Positions 40,285-51,700 of a stretch of 64,000 bases of DNA are shown here, in pieces. Numbering within the stretch: the stretch's first letter is position 1; every line of letters starts with the position of its first letter. Under the pieces are notes generated by a model that saw nothing but the letters and a program-made list of their open reading frames with translations, had not been told where the DNA came from and did not search any database. Made by a program: the position numbers and the translations under genes. Where the stretch lies: the NCBI RefSeq assembly GCF_006345805.1, contig NC_043008.1:68572001-68636000 (forward strand), read 5' to 3'. Source of the DNA: Octopus sinensis. Its lineage: Eukaryota.

Positions 40285-40735
40285 TATTCCCAGGCCTATT
40301 CCCCATTTTTTTAGGAGGGGGTAACCACAGCAAGACACACACCAGGCATTCTATTTATTCTCAGGTCAAAGGAGTGGGCCCCGTTCTACGCTCCGGTCAG
40401 GGCATAGAACGCAACCCCCAATATCCGCAGCGGGGCCCGATACTGGTTTACCTTCACCGCATCATGCTGGTTCCGTACCTCTTTGAGCAACATCAAAATT
40501 CACTCATCCGTCCATAAACACTTTCCAAGCTTTCCTATCATTTATAAACTCTCTTGCCTCTCTCACTCCAACACCTTTAACCACCAAAGCTTTCCTCACT
40601 CCATCCATCTACACAAACCGAGGTCTGTCTCTGGTTCTGCTGCGTATCGCTTCAGCTTTCATCACCCTCCTTACCATCCGCTCATCTATCCTCTCCATGT
40701 GGCCAAACAACCTCAACAGTCGTCTATCCTAGTAA
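40285..40735 (-). mobile_element. 3' end of an RTE LINE (ORF C-terminus plus 3' UTR)
   Basis: RLLRLFGHMERIDERMVRRV…RPRFV*MDGVRKAL…EARE…DRKAWKVFMDG* (stop at 40504-40506). Confidence 0.88.
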
Positions 40736-40789
40736 ACCTATATTCCTAAAAAGGCAGAAAGAAAAAGACAAGGGGGTGGGAGAAGGTTA

Positions 40790-42412
40790 ACACCAAGTCT
40801 CACCCTAGTACTAGGGCCATAGAATGTGCGTGGGTGTAGTACAAGTGAGCTAAAGAGGAGAGAGATAGGGAGTGTGATGATGATGATGAGGATGGATGTG
40901 CTGGCACTGAGCGAAACTAAGATGAAAGGTAAGGAGAGTATCAGTTTGGGGATGTGACTGGACGAGTGTCGGGAGTGGGGAGGGGGTGGGCTCGTGAAGG
41001 AGTGGCATTACTGGTGAGTGGGAGTGTGAAGAAGAGTGTGGTGGAGTGGAGGTAAGTGTCTTCAAGATTAATGTGGAGAGAAGAGATGTGGGTGTTTTTT
41101 TTTTAGTACGTATGGTCCAGTGAGGGAAAAGAGTGAAGAAGAAATAGAGGAGTTCTGGAGGGAATTGACAGAGTTTGTGGATAGGGTGGAGAAAAGTGGT
41201 TATGTGGTGGTGTTGGGTGATTTGAATGCGCGAGTGGAAAATGGAGAAGTAGAAAATGTAGGAAAATATGGAGTTCTTGGTCGGAATGAGAGTGGAAGAA
41301 GGTTGTTGGAAATGTGAATGGAGCAGGAGTTGATGGTGGGGAATAGTTTGTTTTTTTAAGTGGGAGAAGAATAAGTTCACTTAGTGGAGGGTGGAAGGAG
41401 GAACAGTAGTGTATAGGGCCTTGATGGATTATTTATAAATTGATAAGAGAGTGGTAGGAAAGTTGGTGGATGTACATGTAATGAGAGGTGAAGGTGGAGG
41501 AGTATCAGATCACTTCCTAGTACAGGGTAAATTGAAGGTATGCTCAAAATGGAATGCGAGGCAAGTGACAAGGAGAGAGGTTGTGAAGGTGAGTGAACTG
41601 GATAGGAGAGAGAAAGAGCAGGTGTATGTAGAGAAACTGAGAGGTGAATATGAACGGGTAAAAAAACGGGAGGTAGGAGATGTGAAGGGGGAGCGGGAGC
41701 CTTTTAGGGAGGCTGTAATGAGATGTGCTTCTGAGGCATTTGGTACACGAGTAGTTGGAATGGGCGTGAGGAAAGGTAATGAGTAATAGAATGAACAGTT
41801 AAGAGTGGTTGCAGAAGGAAGATGGTCAGGCTTATGATCGCTACAGAGAAGTTAGGAGGAGAATTAAGAGAGTGGTGAGGGTGGCGAAATGGGAAGCGAG
41901 TGAAAGGTTCAGGAAAAAGTTGGGTGAAAATTTTCTAAGAAATAAAAAGATGTTTTGGAAAGAGGTGCAAAGGGTAAGAAAGGTGGTTGGAGAAAAGGGG
42001 AAAAGGGTGAAAGATGTAAATGGAAATTTGTTGAAAGGAAGTGAGGATGTACGAAGGAGATGGGCAGAGAATTTTAGTGAGCTGTTAAATGTGGAGGATG
42101 ATAAGGAAGCAAGTATAGTGGGTGTAGGAGGAGAGGAGAGAATGCCTGTTGTTGGGGAATGGAACTACGGTACAATTGGTAGAGAGGAGGTGAGGGAATC
42201 CCTGCGAAAGATGGCAAACCGGAAGGAGCCAGGTGTAGATGGGTGTACAGTGGAATGCCTAAGGAAAGGAGGAGTAACAGTGATTTAATGGTTAATGAGG
42301 CTTAAGAATGTTTGTTATATGGCTGGAAGAGTACCAAAGGACTGTTGCAGTGCCTTTATAGAAAGAGGGGAAGGGGATAAATGTGAGTGTGGAAATGTTA
42401 GGGGTATAAGTC

Positions 42413-42417
<5 letters not shown>
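40790..42417 (+). mobile_element. 5' part of an RTE LINE ORF (APE endonuclease to start of RT), multiply disrupted
   Basis: DVLALSETKMKG, VVVLGDLNARV, GRNESG, SDHFLV, NKKMFWKEV, VRRRWAENFSELLN, PGVDG, GDKCECGNVRGISLL; ends abruptly in (CA)n. Confidence 0.92.
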
Positions 42418-42486
<69 letters not shown>

Positions 42487-42587
42487 CATCATAACTATAC
42501 ATATACTATAAACACACACTCGCATATATGTAAATAATGTGCATGTATATGATATATGCAAATTAAGGTATGTGCGGGTGTATATGT

Positions 42588-42651
<64 letters not shown>

Positions 42652-43561
42652 CAGATACACACACAGAGCATACGCATACATACATATACACTGGCCGAAT
42701 TCCGTTTCAACCCCTCCAAAGCTTGATGTAATGAAAGTGTACTTCTAATAGTTTCTTGAGTTCGATTTGTTTTGCTGTTGATTTCCCCCAAAGGTTCGGA
42801 AATGCCTGAGGAAATGACTGACGATTTTAGCTGGTTTAATACACTGATCGCAAATAAATTGCCATGCTATTAAAACATTTGTAGCATGTATTGAAACATT
42901 TGTAACATATCGAACTGTTATTATCAATTCATCTTCATTTAGGATATACACACGTATATATATATAAATCAATTCAGTATACATGTAGGTTATAGATTGA
43001 AGATGAGAGATTATTGTTTTAATAAGGACTGTATTGGATTAAAGGTCTGAAGTAGCGACACTCACACCCATAAATGCACACATACACATACACACACACT
43101 CAAACACACACACACACACACACCACACACACACACACACACAACACACACACACCACACACACACAAGTACACACGCAGACACGCATGTGCATAAGTTA
43201 CTGAATAAATATATCCTGCAACGAAAATAAAATGAAAGACAAATGCGAGCAAAAACATGCGAATACAGGAACAATGGGGGAAGGGTGAGTATTGGAGTGA
43301 GGAAAGGGGATAGGGCGAAGTGGAAGGAGATTAAAAAGAAGGAAGGAGGTAAGGCAGTAGAGAGTCTGAAACCGTAGGAAACCACACAAGTGGCTCTGGT
43401 TTATGGCCTTTTCTGTATTGATTTGTATGTTGTTGGTATGGATGTGTGTCGTTCAAGACGAAATAGCATTTTGAGAGGAGAGGAATCTTCCAGAATAACT
43501 GCTCTTGGGCAGAGAAAACGATAAATGTGAATATATATTTATATATATATATATGATTGAT

Positions 43562-44076
43562 TGATTGATTCTAGTTTCAGCTCATGAGCTGTGGCCATGC
43601 TGGGGCACCGCCATTTTGCTGGGGCACCGCCATTTATATACTCTCTTTTACTATATATATACTCTCTTTTACTCTTTTTACTCTTTTACTTGTTTCAGTC
43701 ATGTTACTGTGGCCATGCTGGAGCACCGCCTTTAGTCGAGCAAATCGACCCCAGGTCTTATTCTTTGTAAGCCTAGTACTTATTGTATCGGTCTCTTTTG
43801 CCGAACCGCTAAGTTACGGGGACGTAAAAACACCACCATCGGTTGTCAAGCGATGTGGGGGGGGACAAACACAGATACACAAATACACACACACACATAT
43901 ATATACATATACATATATACGACGGACTTCTTTCAGTTTCCATCTACCAAATCCACTCACAAGGCTTTGGTCAAGCCGAGACTATAGTAGAAGGCACTTG
44001 CTCAAGGTTCCACACAGTGGGACTGAATCCGGAACCATTTAAGCAAGCTACTTACCACACAGTCACTCCTACGCCT
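43562..44076 (-). mobile_element. OR-like SINE with extra duplicated tail fragments at 43562-43680
   Basis: Near-consensus body 43680-44076. Confidence 0.88.
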
Positions 44077-44093
44077 ATATATATATATATACA

Positions 44094-44440
44094 TAGGCAC
44101 AGGCGTGGATGTATGGTGAGAAGTTTGTTTCTCAGCTACATGTTTCAGGGTTCAGTCCCATTGTGTGGAACCTTGGGCAAGCGTCTTCTGACTAAAGGCT
44201 TGTGAGTGGATTTGGGAGACGGAAACTAAAGGAAGCCCATCGTATATAAGTTAATGAATAGATATATCCAGCACAAAGGCAAAGTGACTGTGTAGTAAGA
44301 TGCTTACTTCTCAACCACATGGTTCCGGGTTCAGTCCCACTGCGTGGCACCTCAGGCAAGTGTCTTCTACTATAGCCTCGGGCCGACCAAAGCCTTGTGA
44401 GCGGATCTGGTAGACGGAAACTGAAAGATGCTCGTCGTAT
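44094..44440 (+). mobile_element. Two tandem OR-like SINE 5' halves (44094-44245, 44277-44440)
   Basis: Heads with ggttcagtccca and CORE-like segments. Confidence 0.85.
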
Positions 44441-44448
44441 ATACATAC

Positions 44449-44536
<88 letters not shown>

Positions 44537-44539
<3 letters not shown>

Positions 44540-44750
44540 TAATCCAAACAAGAAAACACAAAAAACACAACAACGCGAGGACGTGGAACAAATATAGTAT
44601 TATTGGACGCTCAGGAAAGAAGGGAAGAAGGAGGGTTAAACGTTTCGAGCGGAGCTCTTCGTCGGAAACATAGGAGAAGGAAAGATCCAGAGAAGGGAAG
44701 ACAGAGGAATAAAATCGCCAACGGTACACACGAGGTCACATTTTGAAAAA
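44537..44750 (-). mobile_element. Penelope-like terminal repeat fragment
   Basis: Contains the GACGAAGAGC…GCTCGAAACG hammerhead-type motif typical of PLE pseudo-LTRs. Confidence 0.55.
44635..44669 (-). ncRNA. Hammerhead-ribozyme-like motif, core CCGACGA (U4C)
   Basis: GUUU-CCGACGA-A-GAGC-UCC-GCUC-GAAA-CG-UU-UAAC; palindromic ACGU stem III. Confidence 0.55.
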
Positions 44751-44762
44751 AAAAAATATATA

Positions 44763-45560
44763 CCGGGTGGCCTAAAAATGTATACACACTTTAAGAAATT
44801 GTATAGAAGGTGTTTATTAAAATACATTTCATCTTCAAAATTTAATAGAATCTACAAACATTATTTTATTGTTTTGTCAATGCCTGTGTTCAAACTGACG
44901 TCCGTTCTGGTCCAGGCACTGCGGACAACGCGAAGCAAAGGAATCGCAAACATCACGAAAGAATTCCTTTGGTATTTGTGCGCATTCTCGTTCAATAGCT
45001 GCTCTCAAATCAGTGACTGTTGCAGGTTTCATAGCGTAGACTTTGTCTTTTAGGTATCCCCATAAAAAATTCTAGTGGTGTGAGGTCTGGTGAACGCGGA
45101 GGGTATTCAACGAAATCGCTTCGTCCAATCCACCTGTATGGAAGGATCTCATCAAGGAAGGATCTTACATAGCGATGGTAGTGTGGGTGTTCCCCATCTT
45201 GCTGAAAATAAAACTCCTCATCTTCAAAGTCTTCTCTAATGCTTGGTATGACAGACTGTTGTAGTAAGTTCAAGAAAACGAGACCAGTCACAGTAGCATC
45301 AAAAAAGAATGGTCCAATTAATCCTCTTGATGATAAGCCACACCACACTGTAAATCCTGGTAAATTTACATGGCAGAACACCATAACATGCGGATTTTCT
45401 GGTCTCCAGTAGATGCAATTGTGGCTGTTAATTGAACCATGTAATTTGAATGTGGCCTCATCACTCCACACAATCTTTATTGGAAAGTGTGCATCTTCTA
45501 TATATTTTTTCATTATAAATGATCTTGACATTCTGTTTACATTACATAAAATATTCTTTA
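44763..45560 (-). mobile_element. Truncated rosa/DD41-type Tc1/mariner transposon
   Basis: ORF 45010-45531: WSDEATF, VWCG, IGPFFF, QQDG…RWIGR…[11 protein letters not shown] with 41-residue spacing. After a frameshift, WGYLKDKVY…GRQFEH*. One TIR-like end (ccgggtggcctaaaaatgtatacacac). Confidence 0.88.
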
Positions 45561-45830
45561 CATTCTACTGCTGTTTTATTGCCATTTATTTACGAGTATT
45601 ATAAAGTTTATAGGTAAATAATAAATCGAATTACGATTTATAACATTGCTAGTATGGGAAATAATTGTTCTGCTTAACGAGTTTTTGCTTCATCAGCGGT
45701 CTCTAGGAACAAATTAACTCGTATATCGAAGCATTTCTGTAATGGCAAATTTCGCTTGTCTCGAAAATTATAATCGAAAACGTTAGAATTTATACACACA
45801 CACGCACACACACACATGTATGTATGTATG

Positions 45831-45862
<32 letters not shown>

Positions 45863-45948
45863 TGTATGTATGTATGTATGTATGTATGTATGTATGTATA
45901 TATATATATATATATATATATACACGCACAGACACATATATGTATATA

Positions 45949-46037
<89 letters not shown>

Positions 46038-46686
46038 ATCATTCTGTATATCTTACTTAATGTGGATTTACTGTGCGAAAGCCAGACAAATGGGGTAATC
46101 GTCTTTAGAAAGCATCTCGTATAAACGTATAGTGCTATAAAGGTACAGAATTATCATTAACAAACAGCAGGAGCAGTGGAATTGCTAGGTTCGGGATTCC
46201 TGCGTATTCGCAGCATGCATGCACACATTGATATATATATGGCTTGATGGCAACTTCCTGTAAGAAAGCCACAACACTGATATTCGTGGTGAAAATGCAT
46301 CTCGTATAGACGTATAGTGTACAAAAGAAGCAGTAGCAAACAAAAAGTGTCCACTAACCACCGTGGAGTAGCTAGATCCGGGATTTTTGCGTATGTATCT
46401 GTTATCTGCAGCAAGTGTCCATTATCATCGCAGGCTTAGACAAATTTCGTGTCTACTCATGTAGAAAATAAACAGTATCTAACAAGAAGTCGCGAATACG
46501 CAGAAATCTCGAGCGCAGAAATCTCGGACCAATTCCATTTCTCCTGCAGGACGATATTTCGTTAATGATAATTCTGTAATTTTTTTTAGCACTATACGTT
46601 TATACGAGATGCTTTCTGAAGACGATTACCCCATTTGTCTGGTTTTCGATCAGTAAATCCACATTAAGTAAGATATACAGAATGAT
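46038..46686. mobile_element. MITE with ~125-bp near-perfect TIRs (46038-46161 / 46561-46686)
   Basis: atcattctgtatatcttacttaatgtggattt… versus …aaatccacattaagtaagatatacagaatgat; diverged TIR-like copies at ~46290-46330 and ~46930-47035. Confidence 0.9.
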
Positions 46687-47033
46687 ATTCCGAACTAACA
46701 CGGCTACCATCACTAATAACGAATTTTTACCCAAGCCCACCAGCTATTTGCAGTACCAGTGACTTGTTAACCACTGTTTCTCTATATCGGTAGAAACGAA
46801 GCTTCTACCGATAAGTATGCTGTGATAGTGATTACTTGCTGCTGATGATGCGCAATTACGCAGAAATCCCAGACCGAGCAATTCCAAAGCCGCTGCTGGA
46901 TGCTTTTCGTCTGCTATTGATACTTTTTTGTTATTTTGCATAATACATCTATACAAGATGCTTTCTCAGGACGAACACCGTAATGTTGCGGTTTCTTTAC
47001 ACTATGTCCACTTTAAGCAAGGTGCACAGAATG

Positions 47034-47066
<33 letters not shown>

Positions 47067-47156
47067 TATACGCACGCGCGCGCGCACACACACACACACA
47101 CACACATATATATACACACATATATATACATATATATGCATACATATATATATATA

Positions 47157-47200
<44 letters not shown>

Positions 47201-48077
47201 ATACATAAATATATGCTTACATATATTTAGATATGTATGGATATCTTTATTTGTTGATATGTCTATTTATCCATCTGTTTATATGCGCAAATTTATATGT
47301 ATCTTGTTTTCTTTACTCCACCCACCGTGTTATTTCTGTTGGGGTTTGGCCAAAAATATCAGGAACCAAGTTGAGCTACGGTACACCCGCACAGACACAC
47401 ACACACTACAAATACAAAGTCGTTCGCGTGCGGATGCACTTTCTCTTGCACTCACTTTCTTTCTTTTCTTCCCAACTGTATTTACTAAAGCATTTCTATT
47501 TATTTATTTTATTTATCTTACCTTTCTACTTTTGTACTAATATCATAATGGTAAAATGCGTGTTTCCACCCGATTAATTCTTTACTAGTTTAATCCCAGG
47601 TTAGCCCTGATAGTATAGATTTATATTCAAGGATGCTCTGGTTATGACCATTCTATCTGTTAGATTTCATCGTCCAGTGCTACAGTAACCATTCAAACCG
47701 CTAGTCTCTACAATGGAGGGCTTTTCAGGAAACATTAGACTAAAATTTAGGAACTACACTAAATAATATTTACTGACGCTGATCGTGTCTATGAGCACAC
47801 CGTCCAACTGGCATTTGGCTACCTTGGACAATTATCTCATATAAAGATTCTCACTTTCTTTGGCTCGGTGTAGCAGTAAAAGGTAGTATTTATTAGAAGT
47901 TATGGAATTATGGTAGCTAGTATTAGTGGTTAATATAGTTGTGATAATAGTATTAGCGGTCACGATAGTTCATATTGGGGTAATAATAGTATTCGTGGTA
48001 GTACTAGTTGTTTGTATTGGTTAGTATAGTAGTTAGTGATAGTGGTTATAATTGTTAGTATTAGTGGTAATAGTGAG

Positions 48078-48200
48078 GGCACTGGCCTGTTGGTTAGGGT
48101 ATTGCACTCGGTGATCGCAAGATCCTGAATTCGGTTCTCGAACTGGGCTGTGCGTTGCATTTTTGAGTAAAACATTTCATTTCGTGTTGCTTTGCAATCA
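48078..48200 (+). mobile_element. Degenerate tRNA-SINE head
   Basis: tggcctgttggttagggtattgcactc…gaattcggttctc…ttgagtaaaacatttcattt. Confidence 0.55.
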
Positions 48201-48214
48201 CTTCGACATCTGAC

Positions 48215-48530
48215 GTGTAGAACTGGTATTCTGTTCTAGTTGATCCGATCAACGGAACAGTCTGCTCCTGAATTTAGCATGTAAGTGGCTGTGCACCCCA
48301 CAGACACACGTACCCTTAACGTAGTTCCCTGGGAGATTCAGCATGACATAGGAATTGACAAGGCTAGCCATTTGAAATACAAGTACAACTCATTTTTGCC
48401 GGCTGAGTAGACTGTTATACCGTGAAATAAAGTGTCTTGCTCAATGACACAACACGCCGCCGGATATCGAACTCACGACCTTACGATTGTGGGCCGAATA
48501 CCCCTAACTACTGAGTCATGCGCCTTCACG
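48215..48530 (-). mobile_element. tRNA-derived SINE, same family as 33603-33910
   Basis: Reverse-complement similarity along its length. Confidence 0.8.
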
Positions 48531-48794
48531 ACGCGTAGGACACCAAGCATTTGTATAGGCAAATCGATTTGCTGGAGTGAGTGAGCAAAAGTACAACACA
48601 AACGTTTGATCCCTGTAAGCAATTCATCTGATCATGCTGTTCAGCAACAAAGTGCTGAACACTAATCTATCATATACGACAGGAGAGTCTATGATTAATG
48701 GGAATAGGAGTTAGTGTAGCTATAGTAGTTAGTATTTGGTGGTTCTAGCAGTTAGTGTTGTTAGATAAAATAGTCAGGTTATAGTTGTTACAAT

Positions 48795-51700
48795 TGGTAG
48801 CTATGATAGTAAATGTTGGTGGTTATATTAGTGGTATCTATGTTGGTAAATGTTGATGGTTATACTACAGGTAGCTATGGTGGTAAATGTTGATGGTTAT
48901 ATTATTGGTAGCTATGGTGGTAAATGTTGGTGGTTATATTACTGGTAGCTTTGGTGGTAAATGTTGGTGGTTATATTACTGGTAGCTATGGGGTAAATGT
49001 TGATGGTTATATTACTGGTAGCTATGGTGGTAAATGTTGATGGTTATGTTACTGGTAGCTATGGAGTAAATGTTGATAGTTATATTATTGGTAGCTATGG
49101 TGGTAAATGTTGATGGTTATATTACTGGTAGCTATGGGGTAAATGTTGATGGTTATATTACTGGTAGCTATGGTGGTAAATGTTGATGGTTATATTACTG
49201 GTAGCTATGGGGTAAATGTTGATGGTTATATTATTGGTAGCTATGGTGGTAAATGTTGATGGTTATATTACTGGTAGCTACGGGGTAAATGTTGATGGTT
49301 ATATTACTGGGAGCTATGGTGGGAAATGTTGATGGTTATATTACTGGTAGCTATGGGGTAAATGTTGATGGTTATATTACTGGGAGCTATGATGGTAAAT
49401 GTTGATGGTTATATTACTGGTAGATATGGTGTAAATGTTGATGGTAATATTATTGGTAGCTATGGTGGTAAATGTTGATGGTTATATTACTGGTAGCTAT
49501 GGGGTAAATGTTGATGGTTATATTATTGGTAGCTATGGGGGTAAATGTTGATGGTTATATTACTGGTAGCTATGGGGTAAATGTTGATGGTTATATTACT
49601 GGTAGCTATGGGGTAAATGTTGATGGTTATATTATTGGTAGCTATGGTGGTAAATGTTGATGGTTTATTACTGGTAGCTATGGGGTAAATGTTGATGGTT
49701 ATATTATTGGTAGCTATGGTGGTAAATGTTAATGGTTATATTACTGGTAGCTATGGGGTAAATGTTGATGGTTATATTACTGGTAGCTATGGTGGTAAAT
49801 GTTGATGGTTATATTACTGGTAGCTATGGGGTAAATGTTGATGGTTATATTATTGGTAGCTATGGTGGTAAATGTTGATGGTTATATTACTGGTAGCTAT
49901 GGGGTAAATGTTGATGGTTATATTACTGGTAGCTATGGGGTAAATGTTGATGGTTATATTACTGGTAGCTATGGGGTAAATGTTGATGGTTATATTACTG
50001 GTAGCTATGGGGGTAAATGTTGAATGTTATATTATTGGTAGCTATGGTGGTAAATGTTGATGGTTATATTACTGGTAGATATGGGGTAAATGTTGATGTT
50101 ATATTATTGGTAGCTATGGGGTAAATGTTGATGGTTATATTACTGGTAGCTACGGGGTAAATGTTGATGGTTATATTACTGGTAGCTATGGGGTAAATGT
50201 TGATGGTTATATTACTGGGAGCTATGATGGTAAATGTTGATGGTTATATTACTGGTAGCTATGGGGGTAAATGTTGATGGTTATATTACTGGTAGCTATG
50301 GGGTAAATGTTGATGGTTATATTATTGGTAGCTATGGTGGTAAATGTTGATGGTTATATTACTGGTAGCTATGGTGGTAAATGTTGATGGTTATATTACT
50401 GGTAGCTATGGGGTAAATGTTGATGGTTATATTACTGGGAGCTATGATGGTAAATGTTGATGGTTATATTACTGGTAGCTATGGGGGTAAATGTTGATGG
50501 TTATATTACTGGTAGCTATGGTGTAAATGTTGATGGTTATATTATTGGTAGCTATGGTGGTAAATGTTGATGGTTATATTACTGGTAGCTATGGTGGTAA
50601 ATGTTGATGGTTATATTATTGGTAGCTATGGGGTAAATGTTGATGGTTATATTACTGGTAGCTATGGGGTAATTGTTGATGGTTATATTATTGGTAGCTA
50701 TGGTGGTAAATGTTGATGGTTATATTACTGGTAGCTATGGTGGTAAATGTTGATGGTTATATTACTGGTAGCTATGGGGTAAATGTTGATGGTTATATTA
50801 CTGGTAGCTATGGGGTAAATGTTGATGGTTATATTATTGGTAGCTATGGTGGTAAATGTTGATGGTTATATTACTGGTAGCTATGGTGTAAATGTTGATG
50901 GTTATATTACTGGTAGCTATGGTGGTAAATGTTGATGGTTATATTACTGGTAGCTATGGGGTAAATGTTGATGGTTATATTATTGGTAGCTATGGTGGTA
51001 AATGTTGATGGTTATATTACTGGTAGCTACGGGGTAAATGTTGATGGTTATATTACTGGGAGCTATGGTGGGAAATGTTGATGGTTATATTACTGGTAGC
51101 TATGGGGTAAATGTTGATGGTTATATTACTGGGAGCTATGATGGTAAATGTTGATGGTTATATTACTGGTAGCTACGGGGTAAATGTTGATGGTTATATA
51201 CTGGTAGCTATGGTGGGAAATGTTGATGGTTATATTACTGGTAGCTATGGGGTAAATGTTGATGGTTTATTACTGGGAGCTATGATGGTAAATGTTGATG
51301 GTTATATTACTGGTAGCTATGGTGTAAATGTTGATGGTAATATTATTGGTAGCTATGGTGGTAAATGTTGATGGTTATATTACTGGTAGCTATGGGGTAA
51401 ATGTTGATGGTTATTTATTGGATATTATTGGTAGCTATGGGGGTAAATGTTGATGGTTATATTATTGGTAGCTATGGGGTAAATGTTGATGGTATATTAC
51501 TGGTAGCTATGGGGTAAATGTTGATGGTTATATTATGGTAGCTATGGGGGTAAATGTTGATGGTTATATTACTGGTAGCTATGGGGTAAATGTTGATGGT
51601 TATATTACTGGTAGCTATGGGGTAAATGTTGATGGTTATATTATTGGTAGCTATGGTGGTAAATGTTGATGTTATATTACTGGTAGCTATGGGGTAAATG

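Noticed and set aside
46842-46866. CTGATGA-TGCG-CAATTA-CGCA-GAAA hammerhead-like core
   Set aside because: No stem III or UH triplet in register, and the ACGCAGAAATCCC part is a repeated MITE motif whose other copies lack CTGATGA
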